Of a DNA stretch of 64,000 nucleotides, positions 11,611 through 25,102 are shown piece by piece (position 1 is the first letter of the stretch; each line of letters begins with the position of its first letter). Source of the DNA: Octopus sinensis (taxonomy: Eukaryota). The DNA is taken from the NCBI RefSeq assembly GCF_006345805.1, contig NC_042998.1:87358001-87422000 (forward strand), given 5' to 3'. Under the pieces are notes generated by a model. It was not told where the DNA came from, searched no databases, and saw nothing but the letters and a program-made list of their open reading frames with translations. The translations under genes were made by a program, and so were the position numbers.

Positions 11611-12112
11611 TTATCAAATGGTTGACATCTGCTTACATTGCATTCTTATTGTACAAGAGATGGTGGGGAGTTGGATTGTATAACTGGATGTTAATACATA
11701 TTCTGGGTCATAGAAAGAGCGAGTGGGGAGAGGGAGACAGAGAGAGAAGAAGAAGAAGAAGAAGAAGAAGAAGAGAAGAAGAAGAAGGAGGAGGAGGAGG
11801 AGGAGGAGGAGGAGGAGGCAAATGAAAATGAGAAAGGGAGAGGAGAGGAGGGAGAGAAATAGGAGAGGGATAAGTGAGTGAGACAAATGAGCAGTGGAAG
11901 TAGGAGTGGGTGAGTTCAAAACATCAGTGTATGTATACTGAAGTGTAGTTAAAGGTACTATGTTGTTCATATGTTAGATGTTAGAGAACATCTAATATGT
12001 GTTAAGGACTATGATTTCATGTATGCAACAATCATTCTACAATATACTACATCCAGCTTGAAACGTAAATATATATACATATACATATAAATAAACATGC
12101 TCTCATACATAT

Positions 12113-13590
12113 AATGGGGAACACTACAGCTCGCAAGTAAAAACTCAACAAGCAGAATTTTAGCAAGTAACATTTCAGCAAGTACCACAACTTGACTTTG
12201 TCAAAACTAAGTTGCTCACAAGAACATTTATTTCATTTTCCTTTCTCAGAAGAAATAGTTCTTGTTGTCTTCAATGTATACAACTCCTCTTTGCTCCCTT
12301 ATTCTTCCCAGATTAATTCAACTGGTGAAAACACAAAATCTTTATTAACCGGAACTCTCCTACATTAATCAGTGTCCTCATACATTGGTATTTTTGACTG
12401 TTACACCATTTTTTTTTTAACTGAAAGTTTGCATCATAAAACAGTCTCTTTCCACATTAAATCATCTAAGTGTGAACTAAACAAGTTTCCAATTTCAGCA
12501 AGTACCTGATTCAGCAAGTCCTGCACAAAAATGAAATAATTGATCAACAGAAATTTATCTCTTAACCATTGAATTCTCAATTATAATACCTTTAAAAGCC
12601 AACTAAACTAACTGCTACAATTTGTAATCCAGTTATAAACAAGTTTCCAAAAATTTAATTTTGTTTAAATAATTTCACACTTTCTGTACCCAGTCAGAAA
12701 AATGGAAACCAAAATGAAAATTGACAAAACTCGAAGAGGAAAAGACAAGATTCCCTATAAAGGACATTCATACAGGGCTGGAACAATAACAGAAAGTACT
12801 GTTTGCTGGCGATGCAGCAATGAGAATTGTTCTGAGTTAATTTCAATGCCTCTGAACTACAGGAAAGAACAAAAGGTCACAGAATGTACAGGAATCATCA
12901 CATTGGCAGCTGTTGCTGGTTCTGGTGGAAACTCTCCTTCAACTTGCCTGTTTTCTCTAGATTCTTGTTGTCAACACCTTTCATTTCAGAACTCAAACCA
13001 ATTCTTCTTTTGTTATACCTAGTAGTGTATCACTTATTATTCAACAAGGAGGTACCTGAATAGTAATGACTTGGGCTGCCGTATTGTCCAAGACTTTCTC
13101 AACTTTTTGTTTAGCAGGGTCTGATGCATGGTTATGAGTATGACATTCTTTAACCTTTTCTTCTTCCTTGATGTTCAGAAGCATTGAAATTGACTCAGAA
13201 CAATTCTCATCACTGCATCGCCAGCAAACAGTACTCTCTGTTTTTGTTCCAGTCCTGTATGAATGCCCTCTATAGAAAATCTTGCCTTTTCCTCATCAAT
13301 TTTCATTTTGGTTTCCATTTTTCTGACTGTGTATGGAAAGTGTGAAATTATTTAAACAAAATTAAATTTTTGGAAAGTTGTTTATAACTGGATTACAAAT
13401 TGCAGCAGTTATTTTAGTTGGATTTTAAAGGTATTATAAGTGAGAATTCAAAGGTTAAGAGATCGATTTCAGTCAGTCAATTATTTTGTTTTTGTGCAGG
13501 ACTTGCTGAGTTGGGGACTTGCCAAAATTAGGAACTTGCTTAACTTTCACTTGCTATGCTTGTGTTTGCTGAGCTGTAGTACTCTCCATA
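12113..13590. mobile_element. Foldback non-autonomous MULE-like element with long inverted arms carrying a FLYWCH-type zinc finger
   Basis: Termini ATGGGGAACACTACAGCTCGCAAG / TTGCTGAGCTGTAGTACTCTCCAT; inner arms ~12468-12888 and ~13141-13552 are reverse complements; the arms encode TRRGK...YKGHSY...WRC...C, and the minus copy completes HTHNH (FLYWCH). Confidence 0.7.
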
Positions 13591-13778
13591 TATACATGCA
13601 TGCATGTCTATATAAATGTTCGTATTAACTAAAAAACAAAAAAGATTAAATATGTGGATTCTATGCATCTTTTCCTTATTCCTTAGTTTAAAATTCAAAC
13701 TTTTTATCTCATCAAATATTATAGGAAAATTGTTTATCACACTTTTACTGACCATCTGCTATGGAACAACATGTGTGT

Positions 13779-13823
<45 letters not shown>

Positions 13824-15134
13824 CTTTCCCTTTTACTTGTTTCAGTCAATAGACTGTGGCCATGCTGGGGCATTGCCTGAAAAATTTTTTAGCTAAACAA
13901 ATTGACCCCAGTAATTAATTTTGTTAAAGTCTGGTACTCATTCTATTGGTCACTTTTTCCAAACTGCTAAGTTTGGCACACCAACACCAATTGTCAAGAC
14001 AAAGATGCACACATATACGTGCATGCAGGCAAAAATGTATAGAAAAGCCAAATAATCAGCATCTTTCAACTTTCTTGAAATAGTTCTTCTAGAAATAATC
14101 TTGGTTTCATAAGGTCAAACTCTTGACAGTTGCTGTAAGATTTTCTTTCTTTGCTAAATAACCAAGAATACCAGTCTTCCATTATTTGTGCTTGAAGTAG
14201 TCCTAGGCTTACTGGACCCTTACTTCCTAACTTCAAGTGTACAACTAGTCTCTTTATGGTAGAATGAGAAACTGGAATTGTTTTCTTTTTCAGTTCTTTG
14301 TGGATTTCAGAATGTTAAGCCTACTTTCTAAAATATAGCAGTTTGAGTTTTAATATTCGCATTAGGATGAAACTAAATTTCTTTCAAAAGCATATCTTAT
14401 ACAAGGGAATGCAAAAGACATGAGTTAATCCATCCATACAACTTGTATTTTAAGTTCTTTTGGTAGAACTTTTGAATTAAACAGTTTAAAAATTTCCTGT
14501 GTATTTTCACTGAGAAGAAATCTGATTGAATACTTCTTGACATTTTAAATACCTTTCCAACATTTCATTTTAAATAACAATCCCCCAAAATAACAAAATT
14601 ATAATCCACTGTCTATGCACACAATCTTTATTTCTTTCATCTCACAAGAGATACTGGCCCTTAAGGATAAAAGTAGAACATCTGGTATTTTCAGAATTTA
14701 GATTTTTTTAATAAAATTTTTTATGCAACTTTGAAAAGTAGGTGTTATTATTCCAAGAAAAAGTAAAAAATTAAAAGTTAGATAGTATGAAGGATATATT
14801 ACTGCTTTTAGAACAGATAATCTGGTTGATTTGCAAAATGTAAAAATGTACTACACTTTAATGTGCCAAATTTACAAATAACATGTTTTAACTCTTTTTC
14901 TTTGGGTCTAGTCTGTTTGTCTATCCATCCATTTATCTAACTTTTTATCATCTATCTTTCCCTTCATCTATCCATCCTATCCACCTATCTATCCATCTTT
15001 CAACCTATCCATCCATCTGATCCCCACCCCACCCATCTATCCATCTCTTTGTCTGCCATCTACCCACCTGTCCAGCCATTTGACAGCCTACTCATTCATC
15101 TGTTTTTCCTTCCATCTTTCTATAAGTCTATTTA

Positions 15135-15355
15135 TTTACCTACCTATCTTCCTACCTACCTACCTACCTGCATACCTACCTACCTACCTACCTACCTACC
15201 TACCTACCTACCTACCTACCTTCCTACCTACCTACCCACCTTCCTACCTACCTACCTACCTACCTACCTACCTACCTACCTACCTACCTACCTACCTACC
15301 TACCTACCTTCCTACCTGTGTACCTACCTACCTACCTGCCTACCTATCTATCTAC
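15135..15355 (+). repeat. (TACC)n microsatellite
   Basis: Direct tandem array, preceded by a (CCAT)n-rich tract at ~14920-15070. Confidence 0.95.
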
Positions 15356-16604
15356 CAACTTATGAATCAATCAATCAATTAACAATCAATTAATCAACAT
15401 ACTGGTTCCCTCACAGCAACTACATCAAGCCAAAATCTATAAGGATACAACACACTCTAAACTAAGGAAAATTAATAACTTTAAATCATGAATTCAAAGA
15501 TGCAGGGAGAAAGCCTGTCTCATCAAAAATGGTACTAATAGTACATTGGTGCCATTATTAACCAGACACTTCACTACATTTGCTCTGTTCTGAGTTCAAA
15601 TTCCACCGAGGTTGACTTTACCTGTCATCCTTTTGAGGTTGATAAATTAAGTACCAGTTGAGTATTGGGATTGATGCAATTGACTACCCCCTCCCCAAAA
15701 TTTCAGGCCTTGTACCTATAGTAGAAAGGATTATTAACCAGACACTTGACTCTCATTTTGAAGAATGAGAAAAGAATATATCTATAAAATGAGCCTCTAC
15801 TCATAAGAATCTTGAATCATTTGGTCTAAGATCTGAATAAGTGTAAGGTGCTCTGATAATTTAAAGAGTGATGCTCAGATATCTGGAAAATTTAGTTATT
15901 TAGTAAACTTCCAGATAAGAGAAAGTTTACTGTTTATATATATAGCTGGGTAAAAGCTGCTATGTATCTCACAGGTGGATTTTACTATTAGCAATACACA
16001 TACAATATGTGTATGTATTTTATGCATTTGTGTGTGTATGTATTTTATGCATTTGTGTGTGTATATGTATTTTATGAATTTTGTGTGTGTGTGTGTATGT
16101 TTGTATGTATGTGTTACATATTATGTTTGGCTGTGGTCAAGAAAGGCAAAGCATTCAATGAAAATTTTCATGATGAAATGAAAGCCCGAGTCAGCATGGG
16201 TGGTAAGTTCTCTGAACACCTTCTGTCAGAGATGTCTATTGTTATTGCATCTGTGCAAAAGAGCACAAGTCCCTTACAGGACTGAAAAGCCACATCCATG
16301 CTGCTCATATTTAAGAGAACAATCAAACAATGGCATTAATCAAAAGTAAGTTGTAATCATAATATACATAACTATAGATTTACAGGTACATTACACAGAA
16401 GATGCTTATGTTTTTGGAAATGGAAACAGCAATTTTTAATCTATCTTCAATTTCTTACTGAATAAAAGCAAAATAAACACCTGTTTATATACTAGTATTT
16501 TCCTGAGCTGAGTATACTTTCTTCTTTTGACTATTTTAACATAACATGATTTATATTAACTATATCGATATAAGTTGATTAATTTTTTCATCTTTGAATT
16601 GCAG

Positions 16605-16701
16605 AGGAATTCGATTTCTTCAGATTCTACGAATGCTACATGTGGACCGACAGGGAGGTACCTGGAGATTACTTGGCTCTGTTGTTTACATCCACAGACA
16701 G
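16605..16701 (+). CDS. KCNQ1: KCNQ1-like K+ channel exon (S4 voltage sensor and S4-S5 linker; equivalent to human exon 5)
   Basis: ttgcag|A GGA ATT CGA...CAC AGA CAG|gtaagg; 97 nt; translates (R)[32 protein letters not shown], matching human KCNQ1 as recalled except F>Y; same length and phase as human exon 5. Confidence 0.97.
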
Positions 16702-16829
16702 GTAAGGTGATATGTTATCTAATATTGTGTGATGTTATGAATGAAAGCATTCAGCTAACAGAGTGAATAGAAAGTTGACTGAGTTGCTGTAAATGTTTAT
16801 GTTGTTGAGTATAGTGATTGCTTGCTTGT

Positions 16830-17150
16830 CAGGGCACATGGTTTTGTGATTAGGGTACTCAACTCCCAATTGTAAGGTCGTGCTTTTGATTTCTGGTGAT
16901 GCATTGCATCCTTGAGGAAGACACTTTATTTCATGTTGCTCCAGTTCACTCAGCTGGCAAAAATGAGCTGTACCTGTAATTCAAAGGGCCAGCTTTGTCA
17001 CATTCTGTGTCATGCTGAATCTCCCTGAGAACTACGTTAAGGGTACACATGTCTGTGGAGTACTCAGCCACTTGCATGTTAATATCACAAGTAGGCTGTT
17101 CCATTGATCATATCATCTGGAACTGTTATCACTGTAACTGATAGAATACC
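16830..17150 (+). mobile_element. SINE family C (~320 bp), 130 nt downstream of the S4 exon
   Basis: Second copy at ~60525-60840 shares CACTTTATTTCATGTTG-TCCAGTTCA-TCAGCTGGCAAAAATG and GCTGAATCTCCCTGAGAACTA. Confidence 0.75.
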
Positions 17151-17974
17151 AGATTTTGGTGGGTTTTTTGCTTGCTTGTATTGAACCTTATTTGTAATTA
17201 TTGATGAAAAGGAAAATGAGTCTAATTTTGAAGATGTGAACTTTAGTCTATCTGAAGCCAAGTTTTTATGTGATTGTTGTGAAGTCAGTTAACATTGCTA
17301 GATTGTGTTGCTGAGGGTGACCCTTGAATGCAACTTCTATGGAACCAAGAGAAAGTGTAGTCCAAAATAACATGTGTTATCTTTAAAGGATATGATTAGT
17401 AGGATGCAGATTTGAACCAAAATTCTTTGATATTAGTATAGAGGACAGGGAATTGTCCAACTGATTATTTTTGTTCTATTGTATAGACATTGACATGGTT
17501 GTAAAAGAAATGTTTAGTAAAGCAGTGAAGAGGAAATAAGGTTGCTGCTAATTAATTTGTAGATCACAGTGAGTATCCTACTTGGAAGTCGCAAGTGAGC
17601 CTCTCAAAATCTTGCACTTACTGGTGAAGGATAAAAAAACTCCAACTTCTGTACTAGAGATGTGTAGTTTCTTCACTTTATCTTTTCTAGTGTTACCTCA
17701 GTAGCCTCTGTTCCTTAAATCTAACTGATTTCATACCACTTCCACACCTAACTCAGCTCTCTTCTTCCCATCACCTATATTGTGTTAATCTACCCCACCC
17801 TTAAACCTTGTGTTAATGACTACACCAAGACATCAATGATCTGGGATTCGCTCCCTGCACATGTTTTCTCAACAATTATTGTCTTGCAACAATTCAAGCC
17901 AAATACTAATAATTATCAATTTCACTGATCTATGACTGTCTACGAAGGCATTGGGTCAAGATCTTTGTGGCTGT

Positions 17975-18360
17975 GTAGTAAAAAGCTTGCTTCCTAACCA
18001 CATAGTTCAGGGTTCAGTCTCACTACATGACAGCTTGGGCAAGTGTCTTCTGCTATGGCCCTGGACTGACCAAAACCCCATGAGTGGATTTGGTAGATGG
18101 AAACTGAAAGGGGCCTGTTGTATATATATGTATACATACATATCTATGTGTGTGTCTTTGTGTCTGTCTTCGTCCACCACCACCACCACTTGACAACTGG
18201 TGCTGTATTTACATCTCTATAACTTAGCAGTTTGGTAAAAGAGACTGGTAGAATAAGTACCAGGCTTAAAAAAAAATTAATACTGAGGTCAATACATTTG
18301 ACTAAAAATTCTCCAAGGTGCTGCCCGAACATGTTCACAGTCTAATGATTGAAACAAGAT
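17975..18360 (+). mobile_element. tRNA-derived SINE family A (TGGCTGTGTGGT A-box, GGTTCAGTCCC B-box, CCTTGGGCAAGTGTCTT core)
   Basis: Copies at ~9250-9580, 26170-26310, 48395-48450, 58525-58680, 60001-60490 (+) and ~20980-21130, 55370-55530, 61050-61185 (-). Confidence 0.85.
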
Positions 18361-19339
18361 ATAAGAAGTGATGATCATTCATAAGAATATATGTATAAAG
18401 GGAACAGAAAGTAAGAATAGTGAAAGGAAGTGAAAAGATGGGAGGTTTCTAGAGAGAAATTGAAAAGAGATGGGTTAAAATGTTTAAACTATATAAAATT
18501 AGAGTAGGATAAGAGATACTTTTCATAGAGAGATATCATATTTGAGGGTCTTTGAAAATACTATAATATTAAACACACTGCTGATAATCTCAAAAACCTT
18601 CGTTAATTTTGAGAAGCAGCTATTAAAGCTAGGCACAGACTATGTAAAAGTATTATGGTAGCTCTGTATTGCTGGAAAACTTACATGAATATAATTGACT
18701 TTGAATATTTGCAATGCAGAAGTTATGAAAGAAAAAATATTAAGACATTCAAATATTCCTCCCAGGCTATGGATATACATTTACTCCACTTATGATAAAT
18801 TCAATGTCACTAACATGCACTTCAGAAAGTAAGTGATTTGACAAAGAGCAAAATATGCTGTATCATTATCACTGACAGAATGAACAGCCTAGCTTCATAA
18901 CACAATATTTCATTGCAGCAGTGAGAGAAAGACAGAGAAGCAAGAGTATTAATATTGATATTAAGAAATCAATTCAACCAAATGTACTCTTATATTCTTC
19001 CCTTACAATAAGTGATCTTGTACTTTAGAAGAAATAATCATCTTTATTCTTGTCATTGAAACAAATATTGGCAATGGTTAACAGCATCTTCACTGTTGTC
19101 ATCATCATTAATTCAAATAATTTTTGCTGTTATCATTGTGATATTTGTTTGACAGATAAGCCTACTCTCAATAGATAAACCACCATCTGTGCTGTTAAAG
19201 GATTATTTAATAAGTGTCAGATTGAACAACTGCACAGAGAGATCCTATTCATTTATAAGGGATCATTCAGTTTTGAATTAACAGAAAACTATTATGTTGT
19301 TAGTGAAACAAATGATCACAACTGTTTTCTGATAATTGA

Positions 19340-19990
19340 CCTTCGCAAGCTTTAACCCTTTAATGTAGAAAGTTTTATATACAAATCTATATATTGTTGA
19401 AGAATATACCTGTCCTATAAATATATGCATACATACATATATACAGTAAAGATCTGTAGGAATGTGGTACTGATCCACTCACAGATTGAACTTGTAATGT
19501 GTGAATCAGCCAGTCAATTTCTCTTTCTGAAAATCCCAGTTTATCCAGATTCTCCTTTAAGCATTTACTAACAAAACCTAGTGCTCCAATTGTTATTGGT
19601 ATGAATATCAATTCATAGTCTGGATATAGAAGCTGGAGGTTTTGAAGCAGTTGTCCATAGATATACTCTTTTACTTTGATTTTCAAAAAGATATTTATAT
19701 CTGCAGGGCAGCTAAACTCTATGATGGTACATACCTTCTGTTCCAAACAACAATATCCAGCCTGTTATGCTTACATTTGACAGAAGTTTTGATGGGAATA
19801 TTTTACCAGTCTTCCTTGAATTGGTGTTTATGAATGTATTCCATAACAGAGGGATTTTCTAAGTTTATTTCAGGAGTCTTTTTTGCAGATGGCATTGTAA
19901 ATTGTTTTAGCAACAACATTGTGCTGCGTAGGGAGGTAGTACTATTACGACATTTTAGGACAGCTGCTAATCACATGCATGATGTCTTCC
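19340..19990 (-). mobile_element. RLE-type (R4/Dong-like) non-LTR retrotransposon 3' fragment
   Basis: EDIMHVISSCPKMS (CCHC region), HNRLDIVVW, IIEFSCPAD and IPITIGALG form a restriction-like endonuclease signature; the fragment contains stops. Confidence 0.72.
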
Positions 19991-20428
19991 ACATGTATGT
20001 ATGTATGTATGTATGTATGTATGTATGTATGTACGTATGTATGTACGTATGTACGTATGTACATATGTAATGTATGTATGTATGTATGTGTGCATATATA
20101 AATGTGTGCATATATAAATGTGTCTTTTTATTAATGTGTTTGTTCCCTGCACCACCACCACTTGACAACTGGTTGTTTTGTATTAGTCCCCATAACTTGG
20201 AGGTTAAGCAAAAGAGATTAATAGAGTAAGTACCAGACTTAAAAAATTAAAGTACTGGGGGTGATTTGTTTGACTAATCCCTTCATGATGTGATGCTCCA
20301 ACTTGGCCATGGTTCAATGACTGAAACAAAGAAAAGACTGAGGTTTTGACATTCAATGATTTTGAAATATCATCGTTATTGTTTTAACATACACATTTTT
20401 TGTGCTTGAATGAGTCAGATGGCATTCA

Positions 20429-20648
20429 TTAACCCTTTCGATACCAACCCAGCTGAAACTGGCTCTGGCTCTGTAGTGCAAATGTCTTGTTTACATAAGT
20501 TTGGAATTAAAATCTTCCACCATACCTTAGTCACAATTTATGTTCCTAACACTAGCTTAATGATAACTAAGTTATTTTACTAAATTCTTTGTTATTTATA
20601 AAATTAATTGAAAGAAACACAAAAGAAATATGGTAGCGAAAGAGTTAA
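20429..20648. mobile_element. piggyBac-like MITE with TTAA target duplication
   Basis: TTAA|CCCTTTCGATACCA ... TGGTAGCGAAAGAG|TTAA; 12/14 TIR match; 212-bp body. Confidence 0.75.
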
Positions 20649-20894
20649 GGCATATCATATTTTCTATGGTCAGATGCCCTTCCTGTCACTAACTATCACC
20701 TGTTTCTAAGCAAGGCAATATTTTCCCAAAGTCAGACATGTTTCCACAGAAAATTGGAATTGAAAGACACTTATGTGATGGGGATGATTGTATGCAACTA
20801 CTGTGCAAGATCACAATACAAAGTTACAATTACACACCACTCATGCACACACACACCCACACACACACACACACATTCACACACACACACACAC

Positions 20895-20977
<83 letters not shown>

Positions 20978-22400
20978 CTTGCATGCACAAGCAGCTTCTA
21001 GATTCTATCGACCAAATCAACTCACAAGGCTTTGGTCAACTTGGGGCTATAATAGAAGGCACTTACTTTAGGTGCCTTGCAGTGGGACTGAAACTGAAAC
21101 CATGTGTGTGGGAAACGAACTTCTCAACCTAACATCCACATCTGTGCCTACTGTATCTCTTACTTGCCAACAATTTTAAGGTGGTGAGCTAGCAGAATCA
21201 TAAACACAACAGGCAAAATGGTTAGCAGCATTTCATCTGTTTTTTTCATTCTGAGTTCAAATTCCACCAAGGTCATCATAACCTTTCATTCTTTCTGGGT
21301 TGATAAAATAAATACCAGTTGAGCACTGGAGTTGATGTGATTGACTAGCCCCCTCCTCTAAAATTGCTGGCCTTGAGCCAAAATTTAAAACCAACATTCA
21401 GCAATTGTAATTCTTTCTAGCTAGGTTTTACTTTTCTTCCCTATGCACCCTCTTTTCGAAGTTAACTTGGATGGGATTATTTTTGTTAGATTGGGTGATT
21501 GCATATAGAGTTGGCTCTCTATTCTCTTGGTTACCACTTGATCATGAAGCCAAAGTGCAACCTATTGTTGGACAAATATACTAAGACAGAATTATGTATC
21601 TTGTTTAGAAGTATGACACAATCATCATCATTTAGCATCTGTTTTCCATGCTGGCATGGGTTAGACAGCACTGATAAGCCAGAGAGCTGTACCACGCTCA
21701 AGTCTGATTTGGTTTGGTTTCTACTACTGGCTACCCTTTATAATGCCAACCACTCCAGGGTGTAGTGGGTGCCTTTTATGTGTCACCAGCATGGATGCCT
21801 TTTACATGTCACCAAGTAAAATTATTCAAACACTTGTCTAAGCACTTAGTAACAGAGCACCCTTCCTGTATTTTATCATATAGTGATGCCGTTGTTCTAT
21901 CTTTGGTAATCCTTGGTCAAACTGATCAAATGTATTCCAGCCATAGCCAGCCTGTCTTTTATTCTGATAGATCTTGTATTCAAGATTACATAATTTAATG
22001 TTGCCTTCCTTCTCTTTTGAGACAAAATAGAATGTGATTTGATGGGGATTTGGCACTATTTCTGGTGAGTCAAGTGACCACATGAAAATACATTCACTGA
22101 CTTGGTTATTATATATTTACTGCAGAAGTTCAATAGCCAATTAAATGAGGTGTTGAATGACTGACTTCTAAGTTGTAAGTTCAGATGTGCTGCAAATGGG
22201 CTGTAGAATAAAGATACTTTATCCTACAAGTTGTCAAAAATAGGCATCAGATAGTTTTGGAACACAACCTCTGTTAGTTCTACTTACTTTCCTGGTGAGT
22301 GAGTATCTCACATCTACTTCCCACTATAAAACTTGTGCTAAGCACTGTCTGTCAAACACTGATATTTTTCCTAATATATTTCATTTTATTCCATTTGCAG

Positions 22401-22541
22401 GAACTAATAACTACACTGTACATTGGTTTCTTGGGTCTAATATTTTCATCCTATTTTGTTTACCTTGCTGAGAAAGATAACAGCAACAAAGAGGGAGAGT
22501 CAGCTTTTAGCAGTTATGCAGATGCACTTTGGTGGGGTGTG
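22401..22541 (+). CDS. KCNQ1: KCNQ1-like exon (S5, turret, pore helix; human exon 6 equivalent)
   Basis: ttgcag|GAA CTA...GGT GTG|gtaagt; 141 nt, phase 0-0; [47 protein letters not shown]; the S5 sequence is KCNQ1-type rather than KCNQ2-5-type. Confidence 0.97.
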
Positions 22542-22739
22542 GTAAGTATGGATTTACATGTTTAAAATAAACTTGTGCATTTTGTATAAAACTTAAAGCA
22601 AGGGAGATTGCTACAGAATTACTTTCATGTTTCAGATATTTCTACAGAATTAATTTCACTTTTGCATCTAAACAGTTTTGTGGTTATGTACTGGCAAAAA
22701 GAAATCATGCATCAGATATAATATATCTGCATCAGGGTC

Positions 22740-24420
22740 TCACAATTGTGTTTCTGTTAACTTCACATCTACTGCCCTACATCTTCTTTACCATCTCATC
22801 TATCACTCATCCTCTCATAAACACTACACCATATTACCTGTGTCATGAGGATGGGGATCGAATCTACCCATATTCAATCCTCCCTACCACCACTCTTAAC
22901 TCTACTTTTCTCCTGTCATGACATAAGTGCATGAGAGTTGGCACTGAATCTATTCACATTCACTACCCCTTATTCTTTTTGTAGCAGCATAAAAGGCAGA
23001 GAAAGGAGACACTATACCTATGGTTCAAAGGTTGGAGTGAAACAGCAAACAGCTTCATGCTAATGAGTCAAGAGGCCTTTTTTAGTGGGTGGAGGAATAC
23101 GATCCAAGCTGTCTGTACATATTGTTGCAGCACTGTACCAGATATGTGGGAAGTATTCTAACTGAACTTGGTAAAGTGTTGATAATTGAATTGTTTAAGC
23201 TTTGGCTCTAAAGAAGCAGATGAATCTTTGTGATATGGTTTAGGCTACTTTGAGAATGTTCATTCACCAGAAGAGGTCCTGTCATAATGTGGTGTAGCAT
23301 TTGTAGGGATCACCAGGGTTGTAGTTGTATACTGTTTGTGTTTAGGATGAGTGGGATGCAATGTAACTTTATGCTGTTGAACCAAAATCAACATGCTAAA
23401 ACACACACACACACCTTACACACATTTTAAAGATGTTTTTGTGGTCTCTCTTTATGGAGTCAGAGCAGAGTTACTTGACAGCGCAGGAGTGTAGACAGCA
23501 AAGAAGAAATGAAGGGTGAGATCAGTTGCAAAATTTGGGTGTAGTTAGAGGTGAGATGAGTAAATTGTTGGTGTGAAGGAGGAAAAGAAAAGAAATCAAA
23601 TCAAATCAAGAAGCACTTCAGATTTTATTGAGTGTGGGTCAAGTAGAGCTTATTTGCACACACTGCAATTTGACTGGAAGTCACCAATTCAAGAAGCAAG
23701 AGATGGATGGAGATAGTTCTGTCAGGAGATTTGTCTAACAGACATCGCTAAAACCTTATTGATTCCAAGAATAACAAAACTGCTTTCACCAGTGAAGCCA
23801 ATGGTGAGTGTCTTAGGAAAATATGTCTCCAGTGGATATAACTTTACAAATGAAGGAAAGAAATTCAAGGTCATGAAGGAAGCAATTAACAGGTGTCACA
23901 TTTGAGATGTTGGAATTGAGTGCAATAGTATGATGGCAAATTGAGAGGGGTGATGCTTCTTGAGAACAGAACATTCAGTCATCAATGTAAGAAGAGATAT
24001 TGTTGAAAAGGTGTTGGTGGTTGGAGAAATTCTGAGAATAGCAGAGGAAGCAGATGTGTTTGATGGAAAGAGGAGGGGTGATTTCTAACCAAAGTAATTG
24101 GAAGTCCTTGTTGCTGATATTCAGATGAGAGAAGCAGTGAGAGAGTAGAATGTACATGGGTTCAAATACCACCTTTTGGACTGAAATTTGGAATTTAACC
24201 TGGACAGCAGGGATGGACTATGAACAAAGGTTAAAAGATCTATGTGGATATAGTATTTGGGTGTTTGTAAGAGATTTGTAGGTTCTAGGATGGATCAGAA
24301 CATACAGATTTTGGAAAGAAGGAAAAATTGTCCAGTGTGTTTAGTGTTAGTTTTTGATGGTTATAGAACTGAAAAGGGTGTTAGAATAAAGGTGTAAAGG
24401 ATGATAGTGCAGTATCTCCC
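22740..24420 (-). mobile_element. Heavily degraded APE-type LINE (L2/Crack/Jockey-like)
   Basis: Minus-strand remnants such as WLEITPPLSIKHICFLCYS (EN-like) and PHIWYSAA...LDRI (RT C-terminus-like); many stops; clade uncertain. Confidence 0.45.
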
Positions 24421-25053
24421 TATTTGGAACATTGCAACAAAGCAAACTCAGCTAAAGGCACCCATGAGCCAAGAGCTGATGTTAACCCTTTGCCTGTCCA
24501 AAGCATGTTCTTAAGTTTGTCCTAAACACCAATGCTTATTTTCAGAGTTTTAGTTAACCTTTGTTTCATACGTTCTGAGAATTATAAAAGACTCTCCAGT
24601 CATAATTCCCAAGTTATTCTGGTGGTTGAAAACATGTATCATATATGATGCAGGATGGCAGAGAAATATGTTGTGTGTATCACATATAATGCACAGAACA
24701 GGCAAAGTGTTAAACTTAGTATTGTGATGGACCTACCATGGATAATATAGTTCATGATGTCTAAAAAAGGAAAAAAATCGAAACCTTGTAACAATCACTT
24801 CTGTAAGCAGCTGGTTTACTGTAACAACTAGTGTTTCATTAACATGAACCACTAGGTTCTAATCCCCTAACCCTCACCATAAATCTGGGGAAGGTTACAG
24901 AAGACCACTTTAGTGTATTTAAATATCATATTAGGAAGTGCATCCAGCCATAGAAACCATGCCAGAGCAGACGTTGGAGCTCAGCATTATTCTCTGATTT
25001 GCTGGTTACTGTTGTACCATCCAACCCATACCAGCATGGAAAATGGAGAGTAA

Positions 25054-25102
<49 letters not shown>

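Noticed and set aside
12120-13582. CACTA-type terminus (CACTACAGC)
   Set aside because: The right end reads TACTA, the inverted match extends beyond it, and the FLYWCH content points to MULE. No clear TSD could be resolved in the AT-rich flanks.
7900-16600. Search for the preceding KCNQ1 exon (S3, ending ...ATSAIR)
   Set aside because: No matching translation with splice sites was seen; it probably lies upstream of the window.
16500-17200. Editing-complementary sequences for the channel exons
   Set aside because: Only matches of about 10 nt or less were found by eye (e.g. TGTCTGTGGA in the SINE), which is not distinguishable from chance without folding software.
17975-18060. tRNA genes at SINE heads
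   Set aside because: A/B-box remnants are present, but there is no complete cloverleaf and each is followed by a SINE body.
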